Below are positions 40,001 to 52,000 of a stretch of 64,000 bases of DNA, piece by piece. The stretch is from Tubulanus polymorphus (lineage: Eukaryota; Animalia; Nemertea), in the NCBI RefSeq assembly GCF_964204645.1, contig NC_134031.1, forward strand, positions 1,116,001-1,180,000, written 5' to 3'. Both the position numbers and the translations under genes were made by a program. The notes under the pieces are model-generated. The model did not search any database, was not told the origin of the DNA, and worked only from the letters and a program-made list of their open reading frames with translations. Every line of letters starts with the position of its first letter. The stretch's first letter is position 1.

Positions 40001-43000
40001 AATGAGCCATTGAAAGATGGTTACATGCACACATGCTGATTGTGGCCAGACTCCGAACCCAGTTCCAAAGTTGTGAATCAAGATTTGACTTAACTAATTT
40101 TAACTCACACAACTGGATGGAACTGGATCCCGAGCTCAGAGTTAACTCTCTAACTCACAAACAGGAACCTGATGATTTTCTGCTTGGATCAAACCTATTT
40201 TGGATCAGAGCCAAAATCATTATCTTCCGACCACAATTTAGCGATTTGATGTTTTCACAATCAATGCCACAAAACAATTTCCATTGAATCCCAGATAAAG
40301 ACATTGATAGATCCTGCAGTGTGTCTTGAGTTTATTCATGTCCAATTTGGAATCTCCTCAAACTTAGCTGCAATCACACGAGCGACTTCAACTCATATCT
40401 ACTGTTCACACCGGTGCCATATAGGTCCATGCCTGTTTGACATGGACTAAATTTGGCCCTACCACAAACATCAGACCAGGCCCGTGCCAAATTTAATTAT
40501 GGGTCAAATTATTCAATGTGTATGTTGACTGGCTCAGGAAGTGACTCACCTCACTTGCAACATCATGGTTTTGATAGTATTTCAGTGAAGAGTGAGTGAT
40601 TTACATCTGAACATGCTCTCTGATTAGGCACGGGCCAAATTTTCTCCGTGTAATCGCAACACATGACTAAATGGTTCACTCTGTTTCTTGATGTACCAAG
40701 TCTTTGAGATTTGCTCTGATTCCAAGTTAGATATTAGAATTATTCATGACGAAACTTGTTTTGTGGCATATATTATATTATATTATATATACTTATTGAT
40801 GTATATTATCACTGGCTTTGTAACCACCACCAATGGGAACCACTGATCAATGTGTGTCTTCGCATGGAAGTTCCAAAGTAAATCTGACGATTTATTTTCA
40901 TTTTTTCGGTATCGGGAAATAGATTTTTTACCACTGATTTTCATGTTGTGTTGCTTGGGTGTGAAATGACTCAAGATCGCACCACTAGAGGGAGTGTGTG
41001 TATCTATGTGTATTTGTTTTACACAATATTTTGGTTGTTTCTTTTTTTAAGAACTCGATGTTGTGCTTAAATCGCACTGGTTTATCGTCCCGATAGAAGG
41101 AAATTGCTGAAAGGAGCTGTAATCATCCACACCTGCTTAGCACCAAAAACCACAATCAATGACTTCAGTTTAAATTTTCCCCCGCTATTAAAACAATGTG
41201 CAAACCGTTTTAAAACAGATCTCAATGTTACGATTCACACCTCAAAAGATGTTGTCATTTTCTATTTGCCTTTGAAATGAAACATATGCATCAACATTTA
41301 CTGTATTTCAAAACACCAACAGCAACACATGAATTTGTGATTGGAAACAATTTTACCAAAAACATGATGGAGATAGTTTGGCATTGAGTTATGCGCCCAT
41401 ATCCTAAACTTATTGTTCTATTAACATATAAGGTTCCTTTATATCTCAATAATAGACCCTGTCGTCCTGACAGTCTTCTTGGTGGCAGCTGTCATATAGA
41501 TTCATTGGTATTCAAGCTATTCCATGGACCCTTCATGACCACTAGACTTTCCCATTGTTATTCCAGGGAGCAATTCCCACCTTCTCTCAGTCTCTGTAAT
41601 TCGCGGGATACTCGATCCTGTATCATACCTGGGTTACATATACTTAAACAAACACAAACAGCAAACATCCATCAAAATTCTTAAGGCAGGCATAGGTCAA
41701 CACATGACACGATCAATCGGTTGCCAATGCACCGGTGTGTAGGTTGGCTGCGACTGGGAGGGACAGTCGCGTCGCTTCGCAGAAATTAGGACATGTGCTA
41801 ATTTTTACAGGCAGGCAGTCGCAAGAGTGAGTAGGTCAATGGGTATTTGCGACGCTATCGTGGCTAGCACAGAATCAAGGCACTAACAACCACGATGTCG
41901 ACCTATGCCTACCTTTAGATAAACTCTTAAAACTGACACGCCACAAATAAAGCTCCAGGATTGGTCGGTAGATCTAGTCGGTTTTATCGAAAAAAGATGA
42001 AGAAAATTGTTAGATTTTTGTCGAAGTCAACACACATATTGATCAAGGTCGAACCGGTGTGTCGTTTGGTTGGTTACACTTAACCGGTGATAGTTTACAT
42101 TACAGCGAACCTAAACCTCATTGGCAACGATCTTTCAGCTTCCTCAGACGGACGAGTAGCAAACGAAAACAACGAAATGAACCTCACGGTGAAAGTCTCA
42201 GCGCTCAGGTATGTATTATCAATCATCTCATATCAATGTCAACGATATATCGAAATATATGTGCTGTAAGATCTTCTTTTCTAGCAAGAGCGTAAGGGTG
42301 GGTGGGTGGCTAGGCCTAAACTGGGAAAATCAAAACGTCATCGAACTTTGAAATTGTGTTAGCTATAATAGTTAGTATATGTATATATACGTATATGCAG
42401 AAGGCAGCCGAGCAGGCTTTGGTATTACAGAAACTGATAGGAGTTTGGGGTGGTAGGAATCGTCAAGTGAAGGTATCGTTCACTGATCTGTAGCTGAACA
42501 GATTCTAAATATTAAGCGAAACACAGTATCTAACTGTAGATAGTCAGTCAATTATAGAAGTAATAGATACAATAATGCAATAAAAGACAAGGCGAAAGAG
42601 GCGGATGTTTTGGAATCAAGAAGCTTTGGCTCCATTTCTAAGAACCTGGTGCCAGTTTCATAGTCATGGCTATGATATAAGACCAGTCTAAGATCACTTT
42701 GGTTCTATGAAAAGCCAATCTTACAACTTAAGACCAGTTTTCACACACGTAGTAGTCGTGCTCCCTCTGAGTATGTAGTTCACATCGAAGTTCCTAGAAA
42801 ACAAACATTTAAGTTCATTGGAAAGATACATGTGCAGGAATATGTTGTAACTTGAGACTGATGATATCGTGTATTGTCTCTACGTATAGTTATTTGGTTT
42901 AATTTGGAAGCGCATTGATCAGGTATGCTAGAAAAACCGTCTAGATAAATCAATAGTTATTCATCTACCTAGCGCCGGAGCTTCCCCTCGGTTGAATTAC

Positions 43001-46000
43001 TCCATCACATATTCTTGAAATCTGGACGGTTCGTACATTGGTTGATAATGTTTCAGTTTCTAAGTTGAATGTGGTGGCACCTTTTCATCATTTCGGACTA
43101 AAATTCTGCCTTTAACAGCAATCACACGTAGACAATTTTGCTCAGGTCAAACTGGTCCAGACCAGAGAAAGGAGTCAAATTTGGCCCATGCCTAATTAAT
43201 GAGTGCGTTCACACATATATCACTCACATGTTACTAAAATGCTATTTAAACAATGGTGTTGCAAGTGAGGTAAGTCACTTCCAGAACCAGTTTAGCACTC
43301 TGAATAATTTGGGATGAGCCTGGTCTGCAGTTTGGCCAAACTTTGCCCTTCTCAAACACGCATGGACCCATTTGGCGCCAGTTTGAATGGTTGGCCCTGG
43401 TCAAGAACGCTTGGATGACCCATTTGGCACCAGTGTGATTGTGGCATTTGTGTAAAAAAAAGTATGCTATCGCATTGAACTTACGATCAAGTGATTGAAA
43501 CTGATAGAACCAGAGCTGTTTCCAGATCATCTCGGATAGCTTCGATATCCATCCAACCGCTTGTGATTTTTAGAAGAACCGATATTTCGTTTGTATTTTA
43601 TTTTCATTAGATGCCAATTTTCCCTTTCGTTCCACCTCAGTTTGTTCGTATTATACTCATAGAGAATTCCTATCCATATTATACATTTATATCTAAGGAT
43701 ATTGGGACTGATCCCTGCGTTTTTTCGTTACCATTATTTTCATGAATTTTTTTTTCAATTTCACATTTTTCTATACTTGAAATTTCCGAAATGTAGAAGG
43801 GTTGTATATATATATGAGAGTGTTGATTTCGGGTGGTAGCCCCCCTGACCTCATCAATACTTTATTTCCACTTGTATTTATTTATATATTATGTAGTTCT
43901 ATTAGTTGAGTTATTATTTTTAACCCTGATAATGAATCCTTTCGTTTTAAGTTAAGTTTTGTGAAGGTGAAATAGAATTGCTTTTAAGCAGACCTCATAG
44001 TGCATGCACATTTCATTTTCTTTTCTCACAACTTATGTTCGTCCTGACCTTCGTTTGAGTCATGCATGTTTCAGCAGGGCTAAAACTACTGTAGTTTTTA
44101 TCGCAATGAAAATATTAGAATTGATTTCAAGCCTTACATATTCTACATAGGCAAAAATTAGCAAGACCTCAAATCACGAAAGCCTTTAGTTTAGTATTAT
44201 AATACGGGTTATTAATGTAGAAACAATCTTCTCAATTTTATTAATATACAATTGACTTAGATGCATTTGGTAGGGCATGTCATCAGCATCCCCTTTGCCA
44301 CCACATTTCTTGACCTCTATCATTCTTCTAGTATCTTCCAATGGGAAGAAAGTTTCACAATGAATTCTGGAAACTAAATTGAACGTCATGAAACTGCATG
44401 AAACTTATATTTCTTATTCTCGATTATTCTTCAAACTTCAATCATTCGACACGAAAACTCTTTTAATTTCACTGACACTGTTCTTCTATACTTAAACGAT
44501 ATTTGAAATGTTGCATGTTAAGTCTATGGTTGTTTGGTCCTTTTTGAACTTGCATTTTTCATCACCTTTTGCTCAGTTTTTGTAACGGAAATATCATCCA
44601 TTTAATGACATACGAGCCACAGGGATTTTAGTCTCCTTATAGATCGTAGTTTAGTTTCTTTTCAATTTCATTATCATCCCCTGATATTAGTTATTAACAT
44701 AGAAATGAAGAAAAATATGATAAAATGTGTAAAAAGGTTTTCAAAGATCTTTGACCGGTTTTAATCCTTATAAATCCTTATTTTTTCCTTATCAAACTTC
44801 ATCTTAATTCGTACAATTTTAAATACAAATTGAACTTTTTCTTGAGTTTTTTTTTTTTTGTCAAGTTCAGAAGTAAATCTGATTTGAATTTGATATAATT
44901 GAATGTTGTTATATATTGTTATAATTCTTGTGTGAACAGGCTCGTGAGTCACAACCAGCACCACCACCAGCGGGGGCGGTGTCTACATCAGAGCCTTCTG
45001 CGTTCTCCAATCCGGCCTACATTCCGGATGATGAACCTGAGGTATTTCATTTGTTTTCTCTATTCGAAGCCAGATTTGCCGCAGCTAAAAATCCGGGTGC
45101 TGGACCTCCTCCCTCCTCGAATTAAACTACTCTAACTACTATCTTTCCGTATTCACCTCGTTTTATACCACACGGATATCGGGATCTAAACAATAAAACC
45201 ATCCTAATACATATCATTATTGCCAACATCTTTTTACGGGGCCTTTTTGCGCTTGAAAACATCCACAAAACATCTACAAATGCCTCGCATGAAATCCAAA
45301 ATGTTCGTTTTCATAACAGTCAAACTCATCGCATTACAGAATTCATCTTAAAAGAATCCCAATTTGTAATTCAATTAAGTGAATGTAAAACGTTATTTGT
45401 TAACGTAATGATCATCTCACCTACAATGTATAAAACGAGTTTGACTGTACTCAGTGTTGAGGCTGTACTCAGTGTTGAGGCTGTACTCAGTGTTGAGGCT
45501 GTACTCAGTGTTGAGGCTGTACTCAGTGTTGAGGCTGTACTGTGTTGAGGCTGTACTCAGTGTTGAGGCGCCCGCTGGTGACTTATGGATGTTTTTTTGT
45601 AGCTGTAACTGTTGGTTCAAAGTGAAATCTTAACGGCCGTGGTGAAAAACTTTGTTGTAGAAATCAACAACAACATCTTTAATTTAAGAGGTTTACAGTA
45701 ATTTTGGAATCTGTTCTGTTGAACCTTTTCTTTTTACTTTTTGTGTTCGCTTTGCTTAATCTTCGTTTATGATATTATAAATCGATATAAAGATTAGATG
45801 CATCTTTGTCTGATGCTGGTAATCTGACGATAATCTCCGGATGGGTGGGATCGAAATCAACAAAGTTCTCGAGTTGTTTTCATATTTTATTGTTTCTCAC
45901 AATCTTGAGCTTTAGTTTTTATATTCATTGCTATTTCGTTATATTTTTTTGTGTTGTTCTAAATTCTAAAAGGTTTATTCGAAGTGTTTTTTATACCCCA

Positions 46001-49000
46001 GTGGCTGAAAATATCTATAAGACCAAATTATTGATGGCCCAAATGTTGTGCTCGGGGAGAAAATTGAAGTTTGTTTAATTTCAACTGTACAATCAGATTC
46101 GAAATAAATAACTAGACCTAGGACGGAAGTCGGTCCAATTTTTACAAACGGTCTTCAACAAAAGATGTGAAGAATAGGTACAGCAGCGGCAGTGGAGTGT
46201 TAGAGAGTTTAAAAATCAGAGATTTCTTATAAATACAAGCGCTTCATCTCTCCAATTCAGCTACTACTTCTTTTCTGTATATTCAGATGAAAGATAGAAG
46301 CGCCATCTACTGAGTTTTTTACTCGTAACTGTTTTCTCAAACTTATTATCCACCTTGCCTTATCGCTTTTATAGTTTGGTGAAGGATATTAGTGTGTCCT
46401 CGATGTGTATCTGGGTTAATTAAATCTGTGTATTTTGTGAGGAAAATGTCGATTTCATTCGTCAGGGATTTGTTTTTTAAAATCTTGTATGACACTATTC
46501 TGATAAATACTAAGTAATAAGTGTGACTTTACATCAAAGATAGCTACATGAATTGATAATAAGCTACGATTTAAAATGTTACTTTTTGAACTTGTATTTT
46601 TTGTTTTGTTTTACTTGTCGTGTTGAACAGGACTTCTGAGACGCTGAAACAATTTCATACTACCACATTTAAGCCCTTTTCCCCTGGGATGAGGAAGTTA
46701 TACATCACAAGTAGTTAGTTTTTCCACAAATCTAAACCCTGGTGATATTCAAGTATGAGAATCGTTCTATTATTAGCACTGATTCTACGTGCTCTTAAGA
46801 GATTTGAAGACGAACAGTAATTTGTTGGCTAACTGATTTTATAAGCAGTATAAGCTTTCGCTATTAGAGCATAGCAGCTTCATGAGGTCAATCAGTCGGT
46901 GGAGAAACAACAGTATTTATAGGGAGATTGTTATTTCTGCATTGACTCTACTGATTTACCTGATCAGCCACTACGCACCAGCAGCAGTAGCTTATACTGC
47001 TAGTAAAATCAGTAAGCCTTCGAAGTATCAGTCTTCATGTTTTTTATGTGCCTCTATAAAGCCTGATTTCAGAAGTTCTGTTTCTGTGAGTGTTTATATA
47101 TTATTATATATATATATATAAGAGTGAAGGGATGAAGAAGTGGAATAAGAAAGATGATGAGAGTTTAGAAGGAAAGATAGTTAAATATATTGATGATGGA
47201 TGTGAGAAAGAGCAGTTGAAGTGGAAATAGTTGCACAGGCATTATTCATACAGTCTGGAACTAACTACAGCGGAACCTCGTTACAACGAACTCCAGGGGC
47301 CGGTTACATGACCAGTCTAAGACCAACCTAGTTCTATAGCCAATCTAACAACTTAAGACCAGTCTGACCACTTTTGGACTTAAGTCAAGACTGCATCAGG
47401 GGCCAGTATCACAGTAGTGACTTAAGTCCAAAATTGGTTTTAAATCTTAAGATTGGTCTTAAGTTGTTAGATTGGCTATAGAACTGAGTTGGTCTTAGAC
47501 TGGTCTTAAGTCTAAGTCACGACTGTGCAACTGGCCCTCGATCGATATATCGAGGCTCGTTATAACAAGGTTCCTCTGAAACCTGACTAAAATGATATCA
47601 ATAGTTTGAATGAATTTTCTCTCAATGATAAAATGTCTGTGCAGTTATAATCGGTCCTGTTTCCCCTGAATACATAACCTATAGCTTCTTGTGAGGTAAT
47701 GATGTCATTTTGCTACCCAACATTCCAGGGTATCGAAATGAAAGAAAGGCCAGACAGGCCCCCTGGTGATGACCAAGTGAGTAACCATTGTTTATTGCTT
47801 GTGGGAATGTGTGATTTTGTCAACAGTTCTTTTTTGTAAATCTATACCTTGTTATCGTGTGAGTTCGGCCAGACCATTTCAGCTTTTAACTGTGCACACA
47901 CAGTCAGTCATCAGGCTTGAATCTACTAAGAACGCGTGATACTTGATTTAACCCTGTGGTGCGATGATCTCCTTACCCTAAAATACCGACCAGCGAGGCT
48001 TACTGTCGTTACATACGGTCAAACTCCGATAGGGCGTCATGGCTGGAACCATTCGTACGTTGATAATTCATCCAAGTGACGAATTACACTAAGTTAATTG
48101 TGTTAGAAATACAAATTGTTACTCGAACAGGGTGGCGCCACTGATCTGGAAAACATGGAAACTCTTGGAATTTGGATGCATTATTGATTGAAGTGTTTCT
48201 ATATCAAGTCGTGATTCAAAAAAGATGAATAAGTTTTAACATTTTGAACAAAGAAATTCCTCGTATCTATTCAGGGAATTTTCTGTTATAACATGGAAAA
48301 ATCAGGGAAAACCCGGGGGGCTTTGTCGGTGGAAACTGGCGCCACCTGGCAAAAGTAGTCGACCTCAGAAATGACGACTTATCGGATAACGACTTAATCG
48401 AGTTTGATTGTGTTAACGAAAAACAGCTCTTTTAAATCTTACCTCGGGTTAAATTAGTTGCAAGGAGTCATTCATTAAATACATACACAGATCAATGAGG
48501 AGACTTCCACTCTTTCATATGTACAAAATGCTTATAATGGCAGTAAATCAGTTAAATCATGTGTGTGTAGTTTATGAACGACCCTTCGAGTCAAACTCCA
48601 CAGATTCACAAACCTACATCAGAGACTGTGTTAGAATTCATTACTCAAGATTCCTGGCTAGAATCGTCATCTCTCTCTCTCTCTCGTTTACAGGGTATAT
48701 TTGATGAATGCTACTCTCTCTATCTCTCTCTCTCTATATTGGTGTTTTCCAACTCCTCCTCCTGGCTGTTATCTATTCTTTCTATTCGAATGTTTCTATT
48801 CATACTTCTACCTCTTTCATTGATTAAATGGATATTTTAAAGTGTCATCCTCCCTGTTACCCTGTTGTACCCCTCAGACTAATCACCGACAACCCGACGT
48901 GTACCTCGGTGGTATCGTATTGTACAAACGTTGAAAACTATGTGAGAATTTATAGTCTTAGTATGATATGAATTTTAGCTTTGTCTCGTGACGTAATCCA

Positions 49001-52000
49001 GTCATAACGTCTGAATGCACACACATTTATACAATCGCGCTCAAGAACGCATGTCTTACATTGTGCATGATCTTTAATAATAGATCTCTAAAAGAATAAT
49101 TTGTCAGAAAACACGCATCATAATATTCCGTTGTAATCATAGCGAGAATAGCTGTACCTCCTTTTAAACCACACAAATCGACACACATAGAATTTCACTT
49201 CATTTATGAGATGTTTTTTACGTGTATCGTGAATGAGCACTTGCAACAGATGCACTTTTCTTCCTTCGCTTGAAACTGCTAGGTCTTTTTAACTGTTACA
49301 ACTCTGTATGAATGAATGCATTAATATCTACTTGGCAAATGAATATATCACTGACAATTTATAATCGACACTGATATAGAATTATACGATATAATATATT
49401 TGGTAGCTATGTTGAATGGTGTTAGTTTTCTTACTTTGATTGGTGATGGGTGTTTTATGAAAGGTATGATTCAGTGTATGTTGGTTTGCGTCGTAATCTC
49501 TCATCAGTCCAGAAATTTGTTTCCAATATTAACCAATAGACCTATCAATCAGATGTATATGTTTGTTTATATCAGGTGACCAGCTCTAGACCAATCACAA
49601 ATAGGGTAGTTAAACGTGGTAACTCTAGTGTTGACCTGATATAAAACGCGGTAACCATAGGGTTAGCCTGCCTATTTGTTTACATCAGGTGACCAGTTCT
49701 AGACCAATCAAAAATAGGGTTGTAAAACATGCCAACCCTAGTATTGGCCTGTTGTAAAACATGGTAACCCTAGTATTGGCCTGCAGTAAAACATGCTTAC
49801 CCTAGTGTTGGCCTGATGTAAAACATGGTAACCATAGGGTTAGCCTGCCTATTTGTTTACATCAGGTGACCAGTTCTAGACCAATCAAAAATAGGGTTGT
49901 AAAACATGCTAACCCTAGTGTTGGCCTGCTGTAAAACATGCTAACCCTAGTGTTGGCCTGCTGTAAAACATGGTAACCCTAGTGTTGGCCTGCTGTAAAA
50001 CATGGTAACCCTAGTGTTGGCCTGCTGTAAAACATGGTAACCCTAGTGTTGGCCTGCTGTAAAACATGGTAACCCTAGTGTTGGCCTGCTGTAAAACATG
50101 CTAACCCTAGTATTGGCCTGATGTAAAACATGGTAACCATAGGGTTAGCCTGCCTATTTGTTTACATCAGGTGACCAGTTCTAGACCAATCATATGCTAG
50201 GATAGAATGTGGTGTAGTTGATTGGATCAAGAAAATACTACTAGAGTTTGTCAACTGTATTATAATACTACACTACTAATAAATAGAATAGAGCTTACTA
50301 TGATAAGGGACTTGAGTATTTAATATAAGAATAAGTAAAAGTTTCATTTGTACAAATGAATAAGAAAAAACCAGAAAATAAAGGAAACTATATTCTAAAT
50401 CGTAATGAATCTTTTAATTGGAATCTGGATTGTTTCATCAGTGATTGAGTGATGTTATTTAGAGAGAGGAGACAGAATTTTTGTACTGATGAGATTTGTT
50501 TCTTGTGAGACTGATGTATGTTGATGTGTGACTGATCTTACACGTAGTCATTCCTACTATTCATGCATGACATTATTATACATATATATTATAGCTGACT
50601 AGTATGCATTTCCAAACAGCAACATTGCACCCTATAGAATGAGTGTCTGATCAGATCAGTTCAATAGACTATTCCTAACAGTGAAATTACAAACTGATCT
50701 ATGTGGTTATAGCTGAATGAATGATTGAAGCGAGTTTATACGTTTGATATAAAGTGTTTTCACAGAAAACGGGTCATTTTATTTCGAAAAATTAACGTTT
50801 CAGCTCAATTTCTGATTCATTATGAATGTATTTGATGCATGGTATCGCGATTGTTCAGAAGTTTGAAATTCTCATTCGATGCGATCTTTTTCAGATTTCC
50901 TCCCGACGAACGTTTATCATCCTCGAAAAACTGATATTAAAAAAAACGTATGCAAATTTATTTTGTAGGATTTTTCTTCTGGTTTGAAGCCGGAGCACGC
51001 GAGCGGATTGCCGTCGTATCACGATGTAGTACCCGTTACCCCGACTACCCCGCGATCCCCGACTTCCCCAACGTACAACCAACGAGCACGCTCGCCGTCT
51101 CCTCGACGAGCCGATATTGGTTTTTCCGCCGCAGTAACAAATATTTGTGATCAAGCGCATGAAATAGCGGACCGCGATCGAATCCGAGATAGTTACCGTA
51201 GAAAGAAAGGTAGACACCAGTGTAGCCGTCGTTTTATCAATACAACTAATAGAGATGAGATCAGTCGAACTGTATTTACACAATTACTCAATAAACCTAC
51301 TCTAAATCTGATGCATTCTTGATTCTTCTCGAACAGAACCTAGTTTAAGTTGTGTATAAACCATGCATACCTGAAAATACTGAGATTCTGGATTAGTTCC
51401 ACACTTCTGGGGCTGTAGTTGCTCAAAAGTTGGTTTAAGATATCCGGGTCCAGTTCCACAGTTCTGTGTTAAGATTTGACTCATTAAAAATGAACTAACT
51501 TTTACTGCGAGTTCCCCTAACTCACGACTGTGGAACTGGGTCCTGGTTGATAGATACCATAGAAACGATGAATTGTTAATTGTCACTATGTCAAACTATC
51601 CACTGGTTAACTCTAACCAACTTTTGAGCAACTGAAGCCGATGGGTACTAAATACAGCCAAGCATTTTGAATATAGAGTTAACTCATTTGTTCATTTGTA
51701 TTTCCAGTTCGATTTACTAAATGTAAGTCGTCAACAAAATGATAATCCTGACTGTTATTCTAACTCTATCTCAGTTAAACTCGAACGAGGAGTAGGGCTC
51801 GGTTTATAGACATCTACAGCTTCGCTTGTGAATATTGTGTAAAATTTGACTGACTCGTCTTTTAGTCCTATTGATTTAGTTGTTGTAATTTGTGTGCAAT
51901 TGATGTTAGTCGTAGTTGAAATGATTGAAATATAATTTGGAATTCTTCGGTAATACCGTTAATATTCCTGCAGTTCTAGCTAGTTACTTGTCAAACCTGT

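Noticed and set aside
50895-50947. Extra exon just upstream of 50969
   Set aside because: Phase mismatch, and the following intron would be only about 21 nt
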